In this document: positions 1 through 8,800 of the stretch, one piece after another | Layout of the letters: every line of letters starts with the position of its first letter | Numbering within the stretch: the first letter of the stretch is position 1 | Virus record (IMG/VR): IMGVR_UViG_3300045999_009338 | Location: 1-64,000 of that record | From: a virus | Strand: one strand, 5' to 3' | DNA: 64,000 nt | The notes under the pieces: generated by a model | What the model saw: the letters and a program-made list of their open reading frames with translations, nothing else | Told to the model about the DNA's origin: nothing | The model's database searches: none | Made by a program: the position numbers and the translations under genes

Positions 1-420
1 TCCGCTGAGGGTCGTGCTGATGCCCTGGCAGAACAAGTTGAAGAACTGACTGCCGAACTGGCTGCCGCCAAGGAGATCAATCTTGATTCCATGGTGGAAG
101 AGCGTGTGGCTCTCATCGAGAAGGCTAAGCCTGTTCTTGATGCTGCTTATGCTTTCGCTGGCAAAACTGCCCGTGAAGTGATGGTTGATTCCATCAAAGC
201 AGTACGTGGCGACGAGCTTGATCTTTCTGAGAAGAGCGACGACTACGTACAGGCAATGTTTGACACCCTTTCTGAGGGTCGCAAAGATTCTGCCACCACT
301 GACGAGCTGCGTAAAGCCGTAGCTTCCATTGCTTCTCCCGTTTCTGCACCTTCGTCCTATATGGACATGCTGCAGAATGCTTGGAAGAAGCCCCTTTCCA
401 TCTCCAAGGAGGCTAAGTAA
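1..420 (+). CDS. C-terminal part of head scaffold/maturation protein (DUF2213-like), 5'-truncated
   Basis: Frame 1 is open from base 1. Coiled-coil and 'KSDDYVQAMFD' motif; lies directly upstream of decoration and capsid genes. Confidence 0.7.
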   Translation, partial: SAEGRADALAEQVEELTAELAAAKEINLDSMVEERVALIEKAKPVLDAAYAFAGKTAREVMVDSIKAVRGDELDLSEKSDDYVQAMFDTLSEGRKDSATTDELRKAVASIASPVSAPSSYMDMLQNAWKKPLSISKEAK

Positions 421-422
421 TT

Positions 423-983
423 ATGGCCGTAACTTTCTCTGCTTCGGGCACCGCCTCCGCTGGTGGCGTGCAGCAGGCTTATAGCCTGCAGCACAATGCA
501 CTGCTGGAAGGCCAACTGTCTGACATCCGCGACAACACTATCACCACTCGGCTCAACGAGACCGGCGCTGTTATTCCTTTCGGCAATCTTGTCGTTTACA
601 ACACTGCTGGTACCGTTGCTAATTCTGCTACTACCATTTCTGGCGCTTCTGACACTGTGCTGGGCGTTAACGTCCTCACCTATGTTGATGAAACCGCTCT
701 GGATGCAAATAGCCGTCCTGGCGTGAAGAACCAGCAAGCCATGAACGTGGCCAATGAAGGTGCAGTTGCTGTTTATGTGACTGGCGCTGTTACTCCCGCA
801 TCTCCCGTGCGCGTGCTGTATTCCGCTAGCGGCACTGGCAAGGTTGGTCAGTTCTCCCATGCTTTCGCATCGGGCAAAACTGTTCGCCTCGCAAACGCTC
901 GTTTCCTTACCTCCACGACTGGCAGCGGTCTCGCTGTTCTGGAGCTGAATGGTCCGAGCTTCACCCTCTCTGCTGATTCTTGA
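423..983 (+). CDS. Capsid decoration/cement protein
   Basis: 186 aa, beta-rich, between scaffold and major capsid genes, with highly-expressed-type codon usage. Confidence 0.65.
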   Translation: MAVTFSASGTASAGGVQQAYSLQHNALLEGQLSDIRDNTITTRLNETGAVIPFGNLVVYNTAGTVANSATTISGASDTVLGVNVLTYVDETALDANSRPGVKNQQAMNVANEGAVAVYVTGAVTPASPVRVLYSASGTGKVGQFSHAFASGKTVRLANARFLTSTTGSGLAVLELNGPSFTLSADS

Positions 984-999
984 TAGGAGGCTCTTAAAA

Positions 1000-1908
1000 A
1001 TGTCTGAATTCCGTATGGATGATGCGGGCCTGTTCCTTGAGCGTCAGCTTGAGTACATTCGCCCCCAAGTCTTTGAAGTGCAGTATGCGGATATTAAATA
1101 TCCCACTGTGCTGCCCGTCACTGCCGAAGCTGGTCCTGGCGCCCAGACTTTCACCTACCGCATCATGGACTCCACTGGTGAGTTCCGTCTGATTGCGGAC
1201 GCTGCTGATGATCTGCCCCGTGCTGACATTAGCCAAGTGGAGAAGAGCATCAACATCCGTTCCTTCGGTGGCAGCTTTGGCTACACCGTGCAGGAACTGC
1301 GTGCTGCTCAAATGGCCAACATTGCCCTGGAGCAGCGTCGTGCTGCTGCTGTGCGTCGTGCCTATGAAGAGAAAGTGGAGAGTCTGGCTTTCTTTGGCGA
1401 AAGCTCTGTGGGTCTCGCTGGTTTCTTCAACAACTCCACTGTTGACGTTGTCGCTGCTGACAAGTGGTTCACCACTGCCGGCACCACTGCCCAGGAAATG
1501 CTGGAGCTGCTGAACTATGGCGTGACTGCCATCATCAACGGCTCGAAGATGAAGGAGCAGCCCGACACCATTCTGCTGTCCTACGCGGATTACAACAAGA
1601 TCAGCACCACTCGTAACTCCGATTCTTCGGACGTGACCGTGCTTGAGTACTTCCTGCGTACCAACCCCTACATCCGCAACGTTGAGCCCATCAACCAGTT
1701 GGAAGCTGATAACAGCGTGCTGAACACCGACCGTATGGTTGTGTACAAGCGTGATCCTGAGAAGGTGCAACTGCACATTCCTCAGCCTCTGGAGCTGTTC
1801 CCGCCCCAGCAGCGTGGTCTGGAATTCATCGTTCCTGCTCATGCCCGCGTGGGTGGCGTTGCTCTGTACTATCCCAAGAGCATGATCTACGTGCAGGCCT
1901 CTGCCTGA
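1000..1908 (+). CDS. Major capsid protein (DUF2184-like, HK97 fold)
   Basis: AGGAGG at 985-990 precedes ATG 1000. Motifs 'FLERQLEYIRPQVFE', 'GYTVQELRAA', 'GGVALYYP'. Confidence 0.85.
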   Translation: MSEFRMDDAGLFLERQLEYIRPQVFEVQYADIKYPTVLPVTAEAGPGAQTFTYRIMDSTGEFRLIADAADDLPRADISQVEKSINIRSFGGSFGYTVQELRAAQMANIALEQRRAAAVRRAYEEKVESLAFFGESSVGLAGFFNNSTVDVVAADKWFTTAGTTAQEMLELLNYGVTAIINGSKMKEQPDTILLSYADYNKISTTRNSDSSDVTVLEYFLRTNPYIRNVEPINQLEADNSVLNTDRMVVYKRDPEKVQLHIPQPLELFPPQQRGLEFIVPAHARVGGVALYYPKSMIYVQASA

Positions 1909-1964
1909 GGATAGTTAATCAAGAAGAGGGGCGTTAAGCTATTAGCAATTGTTTTTCTTGAACA

Positions 1965-2351
1965 ATGCTGATTGCTTATCGTCCCGAACTTGAAAATCCC
2001 CCTCGTGATGCAGGGTTTGGCATTATTACCAAGAGCGGGCTCATTCAACTGACGCCTGGTCTTAATCAGGAAATCCCTGATGAAAAATGGAAGGAAGCGA
2101 AGGAGAACGGCACTGTTAAAAAGCTTCTTGCTATTGGTGCCATTGAAGAAATGAAAGAACAAGTGATGGTAGAAGACCTGCCTGAAAATGTTCAAAGCCT
2201 TAGCGAACTTCCCCTTACGCAAGCCATTCGCGCCATTGAACTCATCCATGATCCAGATCGTCTGGCAGATTGGAAGAAGATCGAAGGGCGCATTCGCGTA
2301 AGGAATGCCATTGCAAAGCGCGTTGAAGCCATTCGTATTGGGAAAGCCTGA
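1965..2351 (+). CDS. Hypothetical virion-assembly protein
   Basis: 128-aa ORF in the structural operon. Confidence 0.55.
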   Translation: MLIAYRPELENPPRDAGFGIITKSGLIQLTPGLNQEIPDEKWKEAKENGTVKKLLAIGAIEEMKEQVMVEDLPENVQSLSELPLTQAIRAIELIHDPDRLADWKKIEGRIRVRNAIAKRVEAIRIGKA

Positions 2352-2353
2352 TT

Positions 2354-2665
2354 ATGGCAGTTACCTACGCAAGCTTTCTTGAGCGCTTCCCCGAATTCAG
2401 CCCACATCCTTCTGGCATTGTCAATGGTGCCATTGCAGAAGCTTCTTACGATGCTTCTAGTGATGTGTTTGGGGATCAAACTGATAGAGCAGTCAAATTC
2501 CTTGCTGCTCATATCATTGCCATTCAACTTGCTCAAATGGGCATTCAAATTGGTGCCACTGACGGCAAGGTATATGGTGAGGGGCTTGACGCCACTCAAT
2601 ACGGTCAGGAGTTTAAACGAATGACCAACAATCTTCCTCTTTCTTCTGTTGGGTTTGTGGTGTGA
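2354..2665 (+). CDS. Head-tail adaptor (DUF4054-like)
   Basis: Motifs 'FLERFPEF', 'LAAHIIA', 'TQYGQEF'; position after the capsid gene. Confidence 0.75.
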   Translation: MAVTYASFLERFPEFSPHPSGIVNGAIAEASYDASSDVFGDQTDRAVKFLAAHIIAIQLAQMGIQIGATDGKVYGEGLDATQYGQEFKRMTNNLPLSSVGFVV

Positions 2666-3051
2666 GCAATTTTCTGGAGCCACTTGCAAATGCCACTTTG
2701 GTGTTTAATGTGGCTTCGGGCTACGCTCTCGATAGTGAAACTGGCAATTATGTACCAGTTTCTTCTGGCGTGACGTTTTACGCCACACTCAAGCAAAAGC
2801 AAAATCCACGATACGACCAACTGCTGGGGGCTGATCTGACTGCCGTCTACATGGAAGGCAGGATGACCAGTCCTCTTACTTTGTCTGGCGTAACCGTTGG
2901 AGATTCCGCCAAGGCAACGATCAATGGAAGGGAAGGAAGGTTTGAGCTATTGCCGAATGAACAAATTGCTATTCACTATTGGCAATTCTTAGGCACACCA
3001 GTCAGGGGAATTTTTAGACTGATTGGCAAAGGAAGCGTGGACAACGCTTAA
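2662..3051 (+). CDS. Putative head-closure protein
   Basis: GTGA overlap with the previous gene; size and position. Confidence 0.5.
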   Translation: MSNFLEPLANATLVFNVASGYALDSETGNYVPVSSGVTFYATLKQKQNPRYDQLLGADLTAVYMEGRMTSPLTLSGVTVGDSAKATINGREGRFELLPNEQIAIHYWQFLGTPVRGIFRLIGKGSVDNA

Positions 3052-3078
3052 TTCTCTTCTCCCATTGAGGAATTTCTC

Positions 3079-3657
3079 ATGCTCTATCATCCCACTGAGC
3101 TAGTGAAGAGCCAGGACGTGATTGTCCGCGTGGGCTCCATTGGCGGTACTTCTCGTCCTGTTATCACTCAAAGCGGCGCTACTTTCACTGTTAGCGGCGC
3201 TCCCACTCTCTACACTCTGCAAGCAGCTACCACTGCTTCTGTTGCCTTCAACGATGGCAATCAGGAATTCTACCTGCTGGGTGGCGGCGGTTTTGCTGAT
3301 AGCGTAATCGTCACGAGTCAGGCAACTGCTTCTGTGACTTCCTACTTCCAGAAGGACGTAGATGGCACGGTGTTCCTGCCGAATAGTTTCGACGAAGCAT
3401 TCCAAGTGATTAGCTCCGCTCGTTACGATAAAAATGCCGAAGTATACGTTGAGATCAACAAGCAACTTGGCGCTTCTGGCAACACTTACTACTATGATCG
3501 CGTGGCTTACGTTGGTCGCGTGATGAACTACAACGAGAGTTATCCTGCTGATAATCTCGTTGAATGCACATTTGATCTGATTAGCCGCGGTCGCATTGGC
3601 ATCCACCAGAATGCTGAAAATGCCGGCAGCCTCATCCCCACCGCTCCTAATTCCTGA
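3079..3657 (+). CDS. Major tail (tube) protein
   Basis: 192 aa, beta-rich, GAGGA RBS, ends '...NLVECTFDLISRG'; followed by a terminator. Confidence 0.7.
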   Translation: MLYHPTELVKSQDVIVRVGSIGGTSRPVITQSGATFTVSGAPTLYTLQAATTASVAFNDGNQEFYLLGGGGFADSVIVTSQATASVTSYFQKDVDGTVFLPNSFDEAFQVISSARYDKNAEVYVEINKQLGASGNTYYYDRVAYVGRVMNYNESYPADNLVECTFDLISRGRIGIHQNAENAGSLIPTAPNS

Positions 3658-3678
3658 TCCTTCCATTGAATCTTCGCT

Positions 3679-3706
3679 AGCCTGTTCCTACGGGAACAGG
3701 CTTTTT
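3679..3706 (+). terminator. Intrinsic terminator
   Basis: AGCCTGTTCC-TACG-GGAACAGGCT followed by TTTT. Confidence 0.75.
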
Positions 3707-3707
3707 A

Positions 3708-4118
3708 ATGAACATTTCACAACTGCGCGAGACAGTTACTGAGCTGCTTTCTGCATCGCCTAATCTTATTGGCACTTATACATTGCCAAATAATTCCACG
3801 ATTCCCGCCGTATATGTAGTGGGCAGGCAAAGCGTGCCAAAGGAATGGAAAGCGAAAGGCTTGGAAGTAACAATGCGAGAATTTCCGAATCGACTACCTC
3901 GCGCCATGGTAGGAATGGTGCAAGTTAATCAATTGTGGGAAGTGAGACTGGCCCAGTTTACGCCAAGCAGTGCCACGTTAAACGAAGCAATGGAAAGAAT
4001 GGTTAGGAGATTTCCTGATTGCACTCCGTCATATTTTCCTGGCGATGATATTGCCTACGAGCAATGCAAATTTATCATTCCCGATCGCATTGTTAAACAA
4101 TTGTATCCAGCAGGCTAA
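3708..4118 (+). CDS. Putative tail terminator/completion protein
   Basis: 136 aa; position in the tail module. Confidence 0.5.
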   Translation: MNISQLRETVTELLSASPNLIGTYTLPNNSTIPAVYVVGRQSVPKEWKAKGLEVTMREFPNRLPRAMVGMVQVNQLWEVRLAQFTPSSATLNEAMERMVRRFPDCTPSYFPGDDIAYEQCKFIIPDRIVKQLYPAG

Positions 4119-4579
4119 TGTCGGCAATTATCGTTGGCGGAACAGTTATTAATGCCAAGCTTTTAGAAGCAAAGTTGGCTAAAGCTTTTGAAACTTGGAC
4201 ACGTTTTGACGTGAATGATCACTTTCGTGATCAATTCTTTGAGGAAAAATGGGATTACGGCAGGGATACGAAGAGGAAAAATGGAGACTTTGTTAATGCA
4301 GGCGTTCGTGATATTTATGATCTTGGCGATCTTTACAAGAGCGGGAGAGACAGCTTTGACGTGTCTTTGTCGTCATCTGGCGCTGAGGCCAATTGGAATT
4401 GGGACGCCACCAATAGCAGTGGGCAGCCTTATGCTCGATACGTACACGACGCATTGAGAGGAACAAACGTGCCGTTTGCTAGACCATGGACTCAAGATGT
4501 TGCCATTCCAAGCCGATTTGAGCAAAGCGCTATTAAGCAGCAGCTTTTGCAACGCATTCGTTCTGCGATGGGACGATGA
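4118..4579 (+). CDS. Putative neck/tail completion protein
   Basis: Pattern 'RDIYDLGDLYKS...YARYVH...ARPW' typical of HK97 gp10-like neck proteins. Confidence 0.6.
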   Translation: MSAIIVGGTVINAKLLEAKLAKAFETWTRFDVNDHFRDQFFEEKWDYGRDTKRKNGDFVNAGVRDIYDLGDLYKSGRDSFDVSLSSSGAEANWNWDATNSSGQPYARYVHDALRGTNVPFARPWTQDVAIPSRFEQSAIKQQLLQRIRSAMGR

Positions 4580-4839
4580 GAATTGACTATCTATCGAGCG
4601 CTGATAATACAGTGCATGCCATTAATTGCTTAATTGACGGCACTGCATTGGGAGTAGGCATCCTTTGTCTTGTTTCTTGCAGAGAAACGACCATTAGAAT
4701 AAGCAACGAAAATCATTCAATGCTGATTGAAGTGCCACCAGAATTTCGCTCTTCTCACGAGCGAGTGAAGGTGTTCAACGCATTGTTAAACATTCTCGAT
4801 CATGAGCAAATACAGCTTCCTAGTTCAAACCAAGACTGA
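4576..4839 (+). CDS. Hypothetical protein
   Basis: 87-aa ORF coupled by an ATGA overlap. Confidence 0.45.
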   Translation: MRIDYLSSADNTVHAINCLIDGTALGVGILCLVSCRETTIRISNENHSMLIEVPPEFRSSHERVKVFNALLNILDHEQIQLPSSNQD

Positions 4840-5335
4840 AGGCTATTTTGAGCTACTGCCCGAAATCCGCCTGAAGAAATATGGCAGTTGGCTTGTTGCT
4901 GAATCCATTGAGCAGGAGGAGATCAGCAAGCTGCAAAGCCAAGCTACCATTCGTGCCGTTCAGCTCGCAAAGCGCATTGCTGCCTCGCGTGAGATTCCCC
5001 TAGATGAGGCCTTTGCGCTGTTGCAGGGCGGTGGTTCCATTTCAGAAGCCGAGCTGCTTTCTGAGTTCACAGAAGAGACGCTGAGCATGATCACCAGCGG
5101 ATCGTCGGTGGAAGCCACTAATGCCCGTATGGTCACTGCTTTCATTCGCTCTCGCGGGCAGGGTCTCATTGATGGCGAATGGCAGGATCTTGGCGATTGG
5201 GAGATTGAAGACACCAAGAATCTTCCGCGTAAAGCCATTGCAAAAGTGGTTGAATTTATTGCTGAGGAGCAAAATGCTGAGACGCAGGAGGCTGTAGAAG
5301 CAAAAAAGGCAGCGAAGAGGAATGGCCCTCAGTAG
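4802..5335 (+). CDS. Tail assembly chaperone (gpG-like)
   Basis: Upstream of the tape measure gene, with a slippery heptamer near its end. Confidence 0.75.
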   Translation: MSKYSFLVQTKTEGYFELLPEIRLKKYGSWLVAESIEQEEISKLQSQATIRAVQLAKRIAASREIPLDEAFALLQGGGSISEAELLSEFTEETLSMITSGSSVEATNARMVTAFIRSRGQGLIDGEWQDLGDWEIEDTKNLPRKAIAKVVEFIAEEQNAETQEAVEAKKAAKRNGPQ

Positions 5336-5775
5336 CAGAAAGGCTTGAAGCGCAAGCTAGGAAGCAGCTTAAGAGCCTGACGGATTGGAACGAAATCTAT
5401 TTCAGGCTCTCGGCTTCTGATTTCAAAGACGAGCGATGGAGCGCCAAAAATTTTGGCCTCCAAACGCTTGATGACGTTAAGCGTGCGCTGAAATATCTTG
5501 ATCGTCATGACATTGCAAAATACAATGTTGCGAGTGTTGCCGTAGCCAAGCTTGGCACAATGGCGGCAGGAATGATGGCGGGAAGAAAGAGCAAAGTGAA
5601 GCCTGAAGATTTCTTGCCGTTTGATACCAAGCAGCTCAAGAAAGAAGATGGCGTGACGGATGCAAGCTTGATTGTTCTACAGCGTTTAATGAAGACAAGA
5701 AGAATGGATGGGCGCGTCATTGCATTGCTTGCTGATGAAATGAAGGCTTTTGCTGGGCGCAATCAAGAGCAATGA
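5302..5775 (+). CDS. -1 frameshift extension of the tail assembly chaperone (gpGT-like)
   Basis: A_AAA_AAG at 5302-5308. The -1 frame stays open to TGA at 5775 and contains listed ORF 5560-5775. Confidence 0.8.
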   Translation, partial: KKGSEEEWPSVAERLEAQARKQLKSLTDWNEIYFRLSASDFKDERWSAKNFGLQTLDDVKRALKYLDRHDIAKYNVASVAVAKLGTMAAGMMAGRKSKVKPEDFLPFDTKQLKKEDGVTDASLIVLQRLMKTRRMDGRVIALLADEMKAFAGRNQEQ

Positions 5776-5809
5776 TTATAGAATGAAGGGAATGCAGACG
5801 TAAAGACAG

Positions 5810-8800
5810 ATGGCTCAAGACGCCGAATTGAAGCTGAAGGTAAGTCTTGACCTGGGATTTTTTAGGCAGCAATTAGCAGGACTTGGGCAAGCGGCAGCGG
5901 GCTACAACATGCCCATCAATGTCAAATTTGATCGTTCTGTTATTACTAAAGAGCTGCGCAATTTAGAACGCGCATTAGGAAAAAAGAAAATCAATATTGA
6001 GCTTAATCTTCTGGGAGGATTAACAAAAGATCAACTTGAGCGTATTCAAGGGCGACTTGAGGCATTAAGTAAAACAAAAAAAGTTGAAATTCCCGTAAGC
6101 ATTAAAAATGGCGCCACTGGCAAGGATGCCGATAAAGTTGTTGCTTCAATCAAAGAAAGGCTTGCTCAAAACCAGCAAATCAAGCAAGGCGGCGGTAAGC
6201 TGCGTATTGAAACTAGTGTCAAACCTTCGATTACGAATGAGGATATTGCTGTTTTTAAAAAAGCAGTAAAAGACAAGCTGAGCAAAATTAGTGCATTAGA
6301 AGTTGCGACCAAGCTGGATGTGCCTAAAGTTGAAGACCTGCTTAAGGGTCTTCAGAAAAACATTAATCGACAGAAACCATTGCTTGCAAAGACAAGCATT
6401 AAGCCATCAATCTTAAGCGCCGATATAAAGGCATTCAAGAAAGCGGTAGAAAGCAAACTATCTGGAATCACCGTAAAAATTAACGCGGAACTAGAAACCA
6501 TTGGAGGAGGCAAAACAAAAGCGCAGATTGAAAAAGAAGTATTAGCCGGATTGGAGCGCATTCAGCAAATGGGCGCTGAGCGCATGGGAGGAGGCGTTAC
6601 TGAACCCGCTCGCAGAGAAAGTCTTAGGCAGTCTCTTCAAGGACGAGATATCGGGGAACTCAAAGACATTGGAAAACAATTAGGAGTGGCTGGCGTTGGT
6701 AAGTTCAGGAACACTCAAAATCTGATCGAGAGGATTGTCACAGAGGCTTCCATCGAGATGATCACTAAATATCTCGATCCTCAGGCTGTAATGCGCAATC
6801 CCGATAGGAGCGGACTTAATAAAGTGCTTGACACTTTTGCGCGTGGCTTATTCAACATGCTTGGCATGGATGTCGCTTCTATGCGGCAGCAAGCGGCGCA
6901 GCGGAGAGCGTTGCCTGGCGTTAATTTCCCGGCGACTGTACCTTCTCGTCCTGTTTCCATTGGCCCTTCTTCAACTGGGCGCGCTCTTTCTGCTGGCGCT
7001 GGCCCAGCAGGAATGATTGGCGCTGCGCAGGCCCCAGTGGGACTGCTGCCGTCAATGTCTGGGCGAAGCCAAACGCAGGCGATTGTGGAAGCGCTTATCG
7101 CCCAACAGGGGCCAAGAATGTTGCCGTCTGGAGGCGGGGCGTTGGTTGATACGAAACGCATCTATGCAGAATTTCAAAAAAATCTAGATAATGCGCTGCG
7201 TCGCATGTTTACTGTATTAGAAGTTAGCGTTTTCGAAACTGGAGCGGGATTAAAAGATGGTCTTGATACTTTTGCGTATTTAGCGCAAGCATTAAAAGAC
7301 GCAGAAGCGCGTACTAAGCAATCACGCATTGCGGAGGAAGTTGATTCGCTAATAAGCCGAATCGAAACGGCATTGCGACTAGCTGCTGCTCGGGTGAATA
7401 TTCGGCAAGTGCAAATTGGCATTGGAGCTTCCATGCAGGGTGCATTACCCTCTGCTCGCGTTGCTGGCTTACTTCCTGCCGGCGTTGGTCGAGAACCAAG
7501 TCGATATGCCATGGGCGGAGAATCCCGCGAGCAAATGATGGCGCGTCGCACTGCAGAAGCTTATGCACGTTCTGTATTGCGTGGGATGGATGTAATGGGA
7601 GGAGGGGCTGGTCGCCCTCCGTCTCCTTATAGCTATGCGTATAGGAGCGCAAGGCCAACCAGCGCAATTATTCCCTATGCACAGCCCGGTGCAATTGTGC
7701 CGTCACCCGTTGCTGGCGAGGGAGGAGCAGTGCCTCCTGTGGGCGGCGGTGGAGGCATGCGAGGGATGGGAGGAATGGGCGGCTTTGGTCGTGCATTGGG
7801 AGGCGTTAATCTTCCTGGCGCAGGAGCCATTCGTGAACTTGGTGGAGAATTTGCTTTTGCCACACAACAGGTATTGCTTTTTGGTCAAGCGTACAAATTA
7901 TTGGCATTTGTTCAAAATTTTCCAGCGCAAGTTGGAGAAGCGGTTAGCCAACTGCAAAGCTTCAGAAATACATTGAATAGCGTCACTGGAAGCGCCGAAG
8001 AAGCGGGCGACGCCAATGAATTTATTCTTGCGGCAGTTGAAAAATACAATATTCCGTTGCAGTCAGCTCGTGATGGCTTTGTGAAGCTTTTTGCTTCTAT
8101 GGAGCCAGCCGGATTTGCTGCAGGCGAAATCCAAAACCTATTTCTTGGTATTACAAAAGCTGCTGCCACTTATGGTTTAAGCGCAGACAAAGTTGATCGT
8201 GTAAATTATGCTTTTGCTCAAATGGCAAGCAAAGGCCAAGTCATGAGCGAAGAGCTTAAGGGACAGCTTGGCGATGTACTGCCAGGAGCCATGGGTATTT
8301 TCGCTGAAGCTGCTGGCTTTACAGGTCCAGATGCCATTCAGAAATTCAACAAAGCTCTTGAAGATGGTGTGTACAAAGGCGGCGAAATGCGCAAACTTTT
8401 GAAAAACGTAGCGGATGGTATGAATAAAGAATTTGGACCTGGCGCAGAAGGGGCTGCAAAAACATTCCAAGGCTCAATCAATCGCATGCAAAATGCAATC
8501 AAGAGTTTTTACGAAAGCTTTGAGCCTGCTGCTATTGGCGTGCTAAATCAAGTGGCGGTACCCTTAGTTAATACACTAAAGAATATTACAGCCGGCATAA
8601 ATGCTTATTTTCAGGGGCAAACAGCAGCTACGCCAGAAGCTCAAAAATTTGCAAATGCCTTGCAAGTAATTGTGCCGGTGATTAGCGGCATCGCTAAGAA
8701 TGCTGCAATTGTTGCCACTCAATTAGGATTAATGGCTGGAGTATTTGGCTCTGCTGCCATTCAGATTGGGAGAGTATTATCTCTTCCTATAGTTGGCTAC

